From a virus, in IMG/VR virus record IMGVR_UViG_3300025530_000004, positions 1 through 27,303 of that record: 27,303 bases of DNA. One strand, written 5' to 3'. The notes under the pieces are model-generated. The model was not told where the DNA came from, ran no database searches, and saw only the letters and a list, made by a program, of their open reading frames with translations. Positions within the stretch are counted from its first letter, which is position 1; every line of letters begins with the position of its first letter. Below are positions 7,521 to 14,657 of this stretch, one piece after another. Made by a program: the position numbers and the translations under genes.

Positions 7521-7925
7521 ATGACTCGTAAAGAGAAACTCATTGAGGAGAGTATCAAGCAAATCCAAGAGTTCTTCACCACGAATGGCTACCAAATCAT
7601 CGAGTCTTTCCCCTACGGCGATAACCACTATGGGGGTGTCAACCACGTTTTGGTTATCCAGCATCGGAAGCCCATCCTTTACTCCGATCCTGATCCGAAC
7701 TCTGTCCAACGCTCTTTTTACGGGAACTGTAGTCGCTGGTATCGTTTCTCCTTTGATTACTTCAACCGACTTCGCAAGGTTGCGGTCTATGAAATCGTCG
7801 ACGGGACTTACGGTTGTTGTTTAGAGGAACTTGAGTTTCCCCTTCCAGCACACCAACGGTTTCTGGACAAGACTTTGTTCCGTCGTCTTTTCTCCCGTAA
7901 ACGTTCCACCCCTGTTAGGGGGTAA
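7521..7925 (+). CDS. Hypothetical protein (134 aa)
   Basis: ATG 7521 follows ATGGAGGTGGG. No family recognised. Confidence 0.65.
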   Translation: MTRKEKLIEESIKQIQEFFTTNGYQIIESFPYGDNHYGGVNHVLVIQHRKPILYSDPDPNSVQRSFYGNCSRWYRFSFDYFNRLRKVAVYEIVDGTYGCCLEELEFPLPAHQRFLDKTLFRRLFSRKRSTPVRG

Positions 7926-7938
7926 ACTCTCCCCACTT

Positions 7939-7965
7939 GCTGTGTCGCGGTTACGCTGACACAGC
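7939..7965 (+). other. Hairpin (8-bp stem GCTGTGTC/GACACAGC, 11-nt loop) without a U-tract
   Basis: Inverted repeat read directly, 14 nt after the stop of 7521-7925. Confidence 0.4.
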
Positions 7966-8006
7966 TTATGCGCTAAAGGATAAAATTATACCTGTCCCGG
8001 ACATTT

Positions 8007-8057
8007 TTATAAAAGGTAATAACTACGTTATAACTTTTTATAGAGGGTTATAACTAC
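8007..8057 (+). promoter_or_regulatory. Putative promoter/operator cluster: perfect palindrome GTTATAAC x2 (8027-8034, 8047-8054), 12-mer GGTWATAACTAC x2 (8015-8026, 8046-8057), overlapping TTATAA-16 nt-TATAAC
   Basis: Repeats read directly. They are spaced 20 and 31 bp apart (about 2 and 3 helical turns), directly upstream of the RBS of 8081-8542. Confidence 0.35.
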
Positions 8058-8080
8058 TTAATACGCGAGGAGGGGGTATC

Positions 8081-8542
8081 TTGATTCTTAATTTCCTTTT
8101 CCGTCTTTTTCCCGACATCGCGCATCAACGACTTTTCGAACGTAAACTCGCTAAGCACCAATTTCTTTTCAAGGACGTTTCGTTGTCTGACGAACCGCCG
8201 GAGTTAGGAGGCGGTTCAATCTTTTCCTACGAGTATATGGGTATCCATCACAACCCAGACAACAGTCGCCGGTATCTCGCCCGCCATCTGCTGTCCATCC
8301 TCCCTCGGGAGGGGATAGACGAATATCTCGACAGCGACTACTCGGTCTATCGAGTCGTTCGCTTCAATCGTTACGGGGTATTGAAGAGGGTCGTTTCTGT
8401 CACTGTGCATCATCGTCTCCCTTTCTGCTTCTTTGACTGTCACGAGTATTCCTCCGGTCTGTTCGGACTTTTCGCTAAGCGTCCACTTCGTTCGGTTTCC
8501 TTTGTTGAGTTGAAAGAAAATTTACGACTTCCACTAGTTTAG
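8081..8542 (+). CDS. Hypothetical protein (153 aa)
   Basis: TTG 8081 follows GAGGAGGGGGTATC. No family recognised. Confidence 0.65.
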   Translation: MILNFLFRLFPDIAHQRLFERKLAKHQFLFKDVSLSDEPPELGGGSIFSYEYMGIHHNPDNSRRYLARHLLSILPREGIDEYLDSDYSVYRVVRFNRYGVLKRVVSVTVHHRLPFCFFDCHEYSSGLFGLFAKRPLRSVSFVELKENLRLPLV

Positions 8543-8567
8543 AGGACTCCTTGTTCGAGTCCTTTTT
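8543..8567 (+). terminator. Rho-independent terminator
   Basis: 7-bp stem AGGACTC / GAGTCCT (8543-8549 / 8557-8563), 7-nt loop, then TTTT. Confidence 0.7.
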
Positions 8568-8587
8568 CGTTTACACGCATTTTTACA

Positions 8588-8668
8588 TATCCCTCCCTCC
8601 CCGCTCCCTTCCCGATCCCTCTTGCCCCTCCCTCCCCGCTCCCTCCTGCTCCTTCCCTTACCTTCCAT
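8588..8668. repeat. About 80-nt polypyrimidine (C-rich) tract containing a perfect 19-bp direct repeat CCCTCCCTCCCCGCTCCCT (8591-8609 and 8626-8644)
   Basis: Read directly. There are only about 7 purines in about 80 nt. The complement of each repeat (AGGGAGCGGGGAGGGAGGG) fits the G3+N1-7 x4 G-quadruplex pattern. Confidence 0.85.
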
Positions 8669-8700
8669 TTGTTTCCATAAAAATTTTTTATTTTACCCTA

Positions 8701-8729
8701 TTGTATTCTGTTGTATTCTATGTTATACT
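8701..8729 (+). promoter_or_regulatory. Sigma-70/SigA-type early promoter: -35 TTGTAT, 17-nt spacer, extended -10 TGtTATACT, AT-rich UP-like region upstream
   Basis: TTGTAT at 8701-8706, TG at 8721-8722, TATACT at 8724-8729. An A/T run lies at 8676-8698. The promoter sits 30 nt upstream of the first early gene. Confidence 0.65.
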
Positions 8730-8758
8730 AAAATCAACCAAAGGGAGGTGGAACCAAA

Positions 8759-8956
8759 ATGATAAACGGTAGCCATATCGAACCTCCGGTCAAGCGTCTC
8801 AGCCGTAAGGATACCGCTAAGCTGTTGGGGGTATCCACCCAAACGATCTACAACTGGGAGCAAGCGGGCAAAATCACCCCGAGGCGAACACCGGGCGGCA
8901 AGCCCTTCTACACCGAGGAGGACGTAAGAAAGATCTACGCTACGCTGTTTGGTTAA
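8759..8956 (+). CDS. MerR/excisionase-type helix-turn-helix DNA-binding protein (65 aa)
   Basis: ATG 8759 follows GGGAGGTGG. LSRKDTAKLLGVSTQTIYNWEQAGKITPRRTPGGKPFYTEEDV matches the HTH_17/excisionase-family pattern. Confidence 0.75.
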   Translation: MINGSHIEPPVKRLSRKDTAKLLGVSTQTIYNWEQAGKITPRRTPGGKPFYTEEDVRKIYATLFG

Positions 8957-9001
8957 TCTAAAAAGAGAAACTATAAAACCTTTTTAAGGAGGATATTAAA
9001 A

Positions 9002-9553
9002 ATGATGACTGTGACCAACCAAGCCTTCGAATCCATTTCCCCGACGCTGTACGACATGGCTCTCGAGTATGGGTTTACCTCGGAGGAAGCTGAAGCTCTC
9101 CTGCAAGAAGAGATCGCCAAGGCTACCGCTAAGCACACGGTGCAACAGGTCAAGGAAATCCAACCGCCGTCCCTGACGCTGTACGACATGGCTCTCGAGT
9201 ACGGTATGTCGGACGAGGAAGCAGAAGCGCTCATGCAAGACGCTATTCGTTCCTTCGAGCGTCAAATCACCCAAATCTTCGAGGGGGTAGTCTACCCGGT
9301 CATCCCGCAACCCCCGGTCGTCAAGAAGTCCAAGCCCAAGACCAAGCGCAAAACCTCGACCCTCGAGTTTATTGAGGAGAAGTTGAACTCCCTCGACGTC
9401 AGCGACCCGGTCAGAATCTATCTCGAGGAAGTTGCAACTCATGTTGGCGAAGCCGGGATCGAACTCGAGAGCTTCAAATTCCTTGCAAAAGAGTTGGAGG
9501 CTATAGAAAAACACGAGCACTCGAGGGGTGGTGCTAATGTCCTCGCTGGTTAA
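9002..9553 (+). CDS. Hypothetical early protein (183 aa) with an internal tandem duplication and a C-terminal DPVRIYLEEV motif
   Basis: ATG 9002 lies 9 nt after AAGGAGG. Two 44-aa-spaced modules (TLYDMALEYGFTSEEAEALLQEEI / TLYDMALEYGMSDEEAEALMQDAI) share 27 identical nucleotides (9043-9069 = 9175-9201). Confidence 0.7.
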   Translation: MMTVTNQAFESISPTLYDMALEYGFTSEEAEALLQEEIAKATAKHTVQQVKEIQPPSLTLYDMALEYGMSDEEAEALMQDAIRSFERQITQIFEGVVYPVIPQPPVVKKSKPKTKRKTSTLEFIEEKLNSLDVSDPVRIYLEEVATHVGEAGIELESFKFLAKELEAIEKHEHSRGGANVLAG

Positions 9554-10565
9554 GGAACTAGATTCAGGTAGGCTGACTATCGTTCAGCCTACCTCTAAAC
9601 CGGATATTGTTCTTAAAGCCGCACGTAAAGAATTGGAGTTTGTCAAGGCTTCTCTGAACGGTAACCCTATCTCCGTTACCTTAACTCGAGTAATTTCGAG
9701 ACAGCGACGGACTAAGATAACTAACATCGATTCTGCATCAAGTGCTATCACTGAAGGTCGTCGCTTCTACTACCAAGGGGAGTTATACGACATCGCTATC
9801 GAGGACTTGAACGCTGTCAGGAGTGCGGGTTTCGCCCATCTCATTCCTAGAATCAAGAGAGAGGATAGCCGAAAGTATCGAGTCTTTGTCCGTGAGGTTG
9901 CTGGTTCGGGGGTATTTATCTCCCATCTTGAACGTTGCGCTATCGGCGCAAGGCGCTTTTGGGCAAAGCACATCGTCGGGAAGGAAGCCGCCATCGCTTT
10001 TCTTCAAGCTTTCGGTTCTTCTGAACCATCCGAGGTCATCAAAGTCGTCGAGTCGTTGGAAAAAGATCATTTTCCAGCTCTCGTACCACAAGTTACTCCC
10101 CAGCCGAATCTGGAAAAAGATCATTTTCCTGCTTCTTCGTCCGCTGTGACTTCGCGCGATAACGAGCTTCTTCTCGAAATTAGGGATATGCTGTACAGGC
10201 TCCTTCCTTTAATCGAGCAACTCGATGGGGTTGACCTTAAGGTAAGTGAGTTATTGGAGCGTCCGATCTGTTCAGGGGGTAAGCAGTTTTACCGGGACAA
10301 CTTCGTCCCTCCCGGCGGGTTCATCGATCATCTTTTTAACGAGTTGGATAAGCTCATCGCTTCCGGCTCCAGTGCCGAATCCGCCTATCGCGCCTTCTGC
10401 CGTCAAGCTGAAACCGAAGGGACGCTCACCCACCAGCTTTATCAAGAGTATGTGAAGAACCGGGATAAAAAGGATATCACTCCAGCGATGATCAAGTACT
10501 GGTATAAAAAGTTGTTTTACCGCGACGATGATGGAAAGGTAAGGAGGAGGGACGGACGTGAGTAA
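9537..10565 (+). CDS. Hypothetical early protein (342 aa); candidate replication initiator carrying internal iteron-like repeats
   Basis: ATG 9537 lies 8 nt after GAGGGG (the track start GTG 9528 overlaps that SD). The gene overlaps the previous one. It has N- and C-terminal domains joined by a low-complexity linker encoded by the repeats at 10057-10129. Confidence 0.65.
   Translation: MSSLVKELDSGRLTIVQPTSKPDIVLKAARKELEFVKASLNGNPISVTLTRVISRQRRTKITNIDSASSAITEGRRFYYQGELYDIAIEDLNAVRSAGFAHLIPRIKREDSRKYRVFVREVAGSGVFISHLERCAIGARRFWAKHIVGKEAAIAFLQAFGSSEPSEVIKVVESLEKDHFPALVPQVTPQPNLEKDHFPASSSAVTSRDNELLLEIRDMLYRLLPLIEQLDGVDLKVSELLERPICSGGKQFYRDNFVPPGGFIDHLFNELDKLIASGSSAESAYRAFCRQAETEGTLTHQLYQEYVKNRDKKDITPAMIKYWYKKLFYRDDDGKVRRRDGRE
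10057..10129. repeat. Two perfect 19-bp direct repeats TGGAAAAAGATCATTTTCC (10057-10075, 10111-10129), each a near-palindrome centred on GATC
   Basis: Read directly. 8 of 9 base pairs are symmetric in GGAAAAAGATCATTTTCC. The period is 54 bp. Each repeat encodes LEKDHFPA. Confidence 0.85.
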
Positions 10566-11622
10566 GAAAGCGTATTTGAAGAAAGTTGCTCTCGAGTTGT
10601 TTGGGAACACGGCTTCGGAGGATAACTTCTTTAACCCGACGTCCAAAGTTGCGGTAGCGGAGCCTGAACAGGCTCCCTCCCTTGCGGGGGTAGCGACTTT
10701 GACTGTATCGCAACCGCCTATCGCGCCTGTCGCGCCACAGGTTGCTCCGCAAGTGGTTCCGGTCAAAAGGGAACTCACGCAGTCGGAAATCATCGAAGCT
10801 CGAATCCAACGCTTCCGTCAACTGCAAAACCTGTCGGAGAAGAACACCTTCATCCCCATCCCTGTAAAGGATATCACGCCGCCCGATTTCCTTCAAGAAA
10901 TTTCTCGACTTAAGAAATCTGAAGCGAGCTTGGAGTCGATCTCGAACTTCTTGAAAGGGTTTTTTCCAGATACGGGCGACGAGAATCTCGACTATCGTCG
11001 GGCTGTGCTTACCCAGATCTGTCTGCGTGTCAGACCTGTTCGGGGTATTCGAAGAACCTATCTCCTTTCCTACACTGATGATCTGGGACATATCGTTGTT
11101 GACCCTTACGGCTTTGCTACTCGGACTTCGAATAACTTGACGTTCCGGGGTAATATCTACAGCTTCCCAAAGCATATCACTTTGTCCCTCGAAGGGGAAA
11201 AGCTCTACGCGATTAACGAGAAAACCGAGGAGAAGGTAGTTATCCTCGACCCGTCTCAAGAACTTGATCTTTCTAAGGTCGATCACTACGGTGCGGACTC
11301 GTACACCAACGCCACAGGCGGTAAGCGCGTTATCAACGGTGTCGAGCGAGAGTTCTGGGGGTATCCGATGCTCCGTATTCGCGGAGAGCGCAAGTACAGC
11401 CTTCGTATCCACACGATCATCGCCGCTCTCTACGTTGGGTTGTATCCGGCTCTTGTCGCTACCGGGTCGAGCAGACTGTGCGATATCCATCACATAAATC
11501 CTTTCAGTTTGTCTTTCGATAACTCTCCTTCCAACATCGCCGTGCTTTGGAAGAAGGAACACGAAGCCCTCCACGGGGGTAAAGGTTGGCTCTACCGTGA
11601 GCGGAGAAAGGAGGCTCGTTAA
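10558..11622 (+). CDS. HNH endonuclease with a long N-terminal extension (354 aa)
   Basis: GTG 10558 follows AGGAGGAGGG. The C-terminus, GYPMLRIRGERKYSLRIHTIIAALYVG...CDIHHINPFSLSFDNSPSNIAVLWKKEHEALHGG, fits the HNH (H-N-H) motif layout. Confidence 0.75.
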   Translation: MSKKAYLKKVALELFGNTASEDNFFNPTSKVAVAEPEQAPSLAGVATLTVSQPPIAPVAPQVAPQVVPVKRELTQSEIIEARIQRFRQLQNLSEKNTFIPIPVKDITPPDFLQEISRLKKSEASLESISNFLKGFFPDTGDENLDYRRAVLTQICLRVRPVRGIRRTYLLSYTDDLGHIVVDPYGFATRTSNNLTFRGNIYSFPKHITLSLEGEKLYAINEKTEEKVVILDPSQELDLSKVDHYGADSYTNATGGKRVINGVEREFWGYPMLRIRGERKYSLRIHTIIAALYVGLYPALVATGSSRLCDIHHINPFSLSFDNSPSNIAVLWKKEHEALHGGKGWLYRERRKEAR

Positions 11623-11623
11623 C

Positions 11624-12238
11624 ATGATAACTTTTAGCGTTAACCAGACTACCGACATCTTTTTCCAAGAAAAAATCAGAGAAGCGGTCGCATATAGTAG
11701 GGAGAAAGGAAAATCTGACCCTGCGCGAGTGATCGATTTGCGGATAACTTCTGCAGGGTTACTCCCTACCGCAGTCGAACACAAACAGATCTTTTCCAAA
11801 ACGAGGAATCGCGCCTATACTCATAGAGAGATTCCGCTCTCCTGTTACCTTCCTCCTTACGCCGATCCAGAAGATCGTGATATCGAGTACGGTTTTCTCG
11901 ATTATCAGCATCGTCGTTTTCGCACCGACGAGCCTTCTTCGGTCGACGCTAACCTTGTTGTCGAGGACATCTTCTCTCGCTTCACGGTCGACGAGCTTGA
12001 GGGTCTGGTAGCAGTCCATCACGGTTACTCCCTCACGGGGATCGTCGTCACTATCGCCACAGGTAGGTCGGTGCATCATCCCGATCTTCCTAACCCGCGA
12101 GACCTTTTGTTCGACTCGCTCGAAGAGGTCTATCCGGGTATACAGGAACTGCAGGACGACACTTCCCTTGTGCAGGGGGTATTCGCCAAAATCCTCGATT
12201 ATCTTCGCACAAAGAGGTGGGAACTCCGGGATGTTTAG
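11624..12238 (+). CDS. Hypothetical protein (204 aa)
   Basis: ATG 11624 lies 10 nt after GAAAGGAGG (11605-11613). I prefer it to the track start GTG 11597, which lacks an SD. Confidence 0.65.
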   Translation: MITFSVNQTTDIFFQEKIREAVAYSREKGKSDPARVIDLRITSAGLLPTAVEHKQIFSKTRNRAYTHREIPLSCYLPPYADPEDRDIEYGFLDYQHRRFRTDEPSSVDANLVVEDIFSRFTVDELEGLVAVHHGYSLTGIVVTIATGRSVHHPDLPNPRDLLFDSLEEVYPGIQELQDDTSLVQGVFAKILDYLRTKRWELRDV

Positions 12239-12662
12239 GCATGAAGAACGCGCCGGGATACCTATCTGCAAGCGAAACTGGCTTCGCGTCTATCGTCGTA
12301 GTCAGGGTTATAAAAGTATCCAGAGTCTGACTACCCTCATTGGGTATAAGTACAATACTTACGGCGCTCTCGAAGGGGGTAGTTCTTACAACACCAAAAA
12401 CATGACTAAGCCGACTTTGGTGCAAATCGCTGATCGGATGGGTATCCCTCTCAAGTTGTTTTACTATCCTTGCGACGAAAACGGGCTAATTTATCAGGAG
12501 GAGGCGGTAAAGGACTTTATTATCTTTTTCCGCACTCACGGCTTTCCGAACATCGCCACCAGTCCATTACTCGAGCATCTCTTTACTCCTGATCTGATAG
12601 AGCATATAACAGAGGTTTATGCCCACTACAGACCCAACCTGATACGGGGTATTCGTCTCTAG
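12231..12662 (+). CDS. Putative XRE-like HTH regulator (143 aa)
   Basis: ATG 12231 overlaps the stop of the previous gene (ATGTTTAG) and follows AGAGGTGGG. NWLRVYRRSQGYKSIQSLTTLIGYKYNTYGALEGG...PTLVQIADRMGIPLKLF resembles an HTH_3 layout. Confidence 0.5.
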   Translation: MFRHEERAGIPICKRNWLRVYRRSQGYKSIQSLTTLIGYKYNTYGALEGGSSYNTKNMTKPTLVQIADRMGIPLKLFYYPCDENGLIYQEEAVKDFIIFFRTHGFPNIATSPLLEHLFTPDLIEHITEVYAHYRPNLIRGIRL

Positions 12663-12705
12663 GACTTGCGATAATTTTTCGATCATCATAACGTGAAATT
12701 TGACT

Positions 12706-12734
12706 AGAAGCTATACTAAGTGTAGCTTCTTTTT
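12706..12734 (+). terminator. Rho-independent terminator closing the early module
   Basis: 8-bp stem AGAAGCTA / TAGCTTCT (12706-12713 / 12723-12730), 9-nt loop, then TTTT. Confidence 0.7.
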
Positions 12735-12804
12735 GGCATGTATAAATACTTTTATTGTTTATCGACTTCAGCATATATTTTCCCTGAAAGGAGGTTCGGA
12801 CTTT

Positions 12805-13395
12805 ATGGAGCCTGAAGTGTACTTCCCTAATCCCGGCGAACCGGGTTTTGTCGGACCGAAAACGTTAACGTTGCAGATGTACGACTTCTGTGATATTTGG
12901 GTTAACGGCGGTGGTCGCATCAGGGGGTATGGTTGGACAGCGCGTAAAGCGGGATATAACCTCCAAGGCGCTTCTCGAAAGGGCGCAGAATTAATGAGTT
13001 ATACTTTGGTGCAACGACAGATATACGAGATGGATCGCGCTAACCGGGATATTAAAGAGGCGGCGTTTAGGACTGCGGCGCAAAAAATCTTTGACGTTAT
13101 CGAGGAAGCATCGGTCGATCAAATCGCCCCGGAGCGTAAAGTCGCTTTGCTTCTTTCTGTCCTTGAAACCACTAAGGACTATGATAAAATCCCTGTTGGT
13201 TCTACTAGACCTCTCCATGATCGAGGGGGTAGGCGCACTCCATCTGAGGATTCGGGCGAACCCGTCCTTGACGAATCCACCGAGCGCACCCTCCAGAGCA
13301 TCGACGCTTCTCTCGCCGCTTTGGGCGAACCTGAACCGATATCCCTCGAGTCCGAGTCATCCGAATCGAGCGATAGCGCGTCAGGGGGTAGTTAA
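12805..13395 (+). CDS. terS: Terminase small subunit (196 aa)
   Basis: ATG 12805 lies 10 nt after AAAGGAGG (12787-12794). FCDIWVNGGGRIRGYGWTARKAGYNLQGASRKGAELM resembles the Terminase_2 N-terminal HTH pattern. It lies directly upstream of TerL. Confidence 0.7.
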   Translation: MEPEVYFPNPGEPGFVGPKTLTLQMYDFCDIWVNGGGRIRGYGWTARKAGYNLQGASRKGAELMSYTLVQRQIYEMDRANRDIKEAAFRTAAQKIFDVIEEASVDQIAPERKVALLLSVLETTKDYDKIPVGSTRPLHDRGGRRTPSEDSGEPVLDESTERTLQSIDASLAALGEPEPISLESESSESSDSASGGS

Positions 13396-13398
13396 TCC

Positions 13399-14643
13399 GT
13401 GCCTGACTTGTTGTCGAAAAAGCAGTTGCAGACTATCAACAGCATTCCTACTGCAACCTTAGATATCCACTACGGACCTTATGGTTGCGGTAAGACTTAC
13501 GCTATCGCTCTCGGACTCGGTTATGCTTGCATGCGATCTAAGCCACCGGACTCTGACGCTTGTATCGCCATCATCGGCAAAACGTCCATCACTGTTAAAA
13601 ACAGCTTTGGCGGAACACTCTCTAAGCTCTTTGGCAACAATTTCGTTTATACATCTTCAAAGAAGGACGGCTATGTGAAGGATGCTCTCTTGTTTGGTCA
13701 CAAAATCCGCTTCTTGGGGGTAAACGAGAATAACGCTGAAGCACGCATCCGGGGTATTAACACTTACAAGATCATCGGAGAAGAGGTCACCACTTGGTCG
13801 AAGGATAACTTCGAACTTATCCAAGGTCGTCTCAGGGGTAGCCAGACCGACATCCCGAAAGGTTGGGTGCGCGGTTTCATCGGTTCGACTAACCCTGACT
13901 CTCCGGCGCACTGGTTGGCGAAAATCCTGCAGGATGTGAAAAATGGCATCGAGAAGGACTTCCGCTTTATCGCTTGGACGGAGCACGATAACATTCGCCC
14001 TGAAGCGAAAAAGGAGTACGCTCGACTTCGCAGTCTTTTCCGTAACTCCCCGGCGTATCTCGCTCGTTACGTTTTAGGTCAGTGGTCGGCGGCGGACAAC
14101 CTGATCTACACTGAGTTCAACTCCGTCAACCACGTACTGCCCGCTCAAAAAGTTAAGTATCTCATGGATCAGGGTGCGTTTGCATCCTTCCGTTTCGGAA
14201 TCGACTACGGGACAACGAACCCTACAGTTATTTTAGTCATCGGGGTAACCAAAGATGAAGAATATATTATATTAGACGAGTGCGTACTAAAGGGAAAAAC
14301 CACTTCACAAATTTTCCCTTATGTGCGTAAGTTTTATGCTACTTACGCTAATCGTCTACGGGGTATTTATATCGACCCTTCTGCGATCGCGCTTAAAACT
14401 GAACTTACGCAAGGGGGTATTGACCGAGTGTACGGGGCAAATAACGATGTGCAACACGGTATCGATATTGTTAAAAACCTTTTCGCTACGGACAGGCTTT
14501 TTGTCAGCGACGCTTGCAAGTACACTATTGACGAGTTCTTGACTTACAGCTACAAGAATCCAGATACTGCTCAGGTTAAAAAGGAGAATGACCACGCGAT
14601 GGACGCTCTCCGTTATGCTCTTGTTGGTGTTAGAACAAAATAG
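13399..14643 (+). CDS. terL: Terminase large subunit (414 aa)
   Basis: Walker A GPYGCGKT, nuclease-domain motifs GIDYGTTNP and NDHAMDALRYAL. GTG 13399 follows AGGGGGTAG. Confidence 0.9.
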   Translation: MPDLLSKKQLQTINSIPTATLDIHYGPYGCGKTYAIALGLGYACMRSKPPDSDACIAIIGKTSITVKNSFGGTLSKLFGNNFVYTSSKKDGYVKDALLFGHKIRFLGVNENNAEARIRGINTYKIIGEEVTTWSKDNFELIQGRLRGSQTDIPKGWVRGFIGSTNPDSPAHWLAKILQDVKNGIEKDFRFIAWTEHDNIRPEAKKEYARLRSLFRNSPAYLARYVLGQWSAADNLIYTEFNSVNHVLPAQKVKYLMDQGAFASFRFGIDYGTTNPTVILVIGVTKDEEYIILDECVLKGKTTSQIFPYVRKFYATYANRLRGIYIDPSAIALKTELTQGGIDRVYGANNDVQHGIDIVKNLFATDRLFVSDACKYTIDEFLTYSYKNPDTAQVKKENDHAMDALRYALVGVRTK

Positions 14644-14657
14644 GAGGTGAACCCGTT

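Noticed and set aside
8591-8644. Possible mini-CRISPR array (two 19-bp direct repeats separated by 16 bp)
   Set aside because: There are only two copies. The repeats are too short and of low complexity, the spacer is itself the same C-rich composition, and there are no cas genes or leader.
8551-8772. 73-aa + strand ORF running through the C-rich repeat tract
   Set aside because: The TTG start has no RBS. The translation (..SLPPRSLPDPSCPSLPAPSCSFPYLP..) is simply the pyrimidine tract read as Pro/Ser/Leu. It spans the terminator, the promoter and the RBS of the next gene.
8759-8956. Calling the 65-aa HTH an excisionase and the phage temperate
   Set aside because: The HTH_17 fold is shared by many small regulators. 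No integrase, att-like repeat or repressor gene is visible, so a generic early regulator is the safer call.
12700-12804. Upstream extensions of ORF-track starts (12700 for terS; likewise 9528, 11597, 12168, 20563, 20978, 21925)
   Set aside because: The extensions lack Shine-Dalgarno sequences and, for 12700, run through a terminator hairpin. In each case an in-frame downstream start has a canonical RBS at 6-10 nt.
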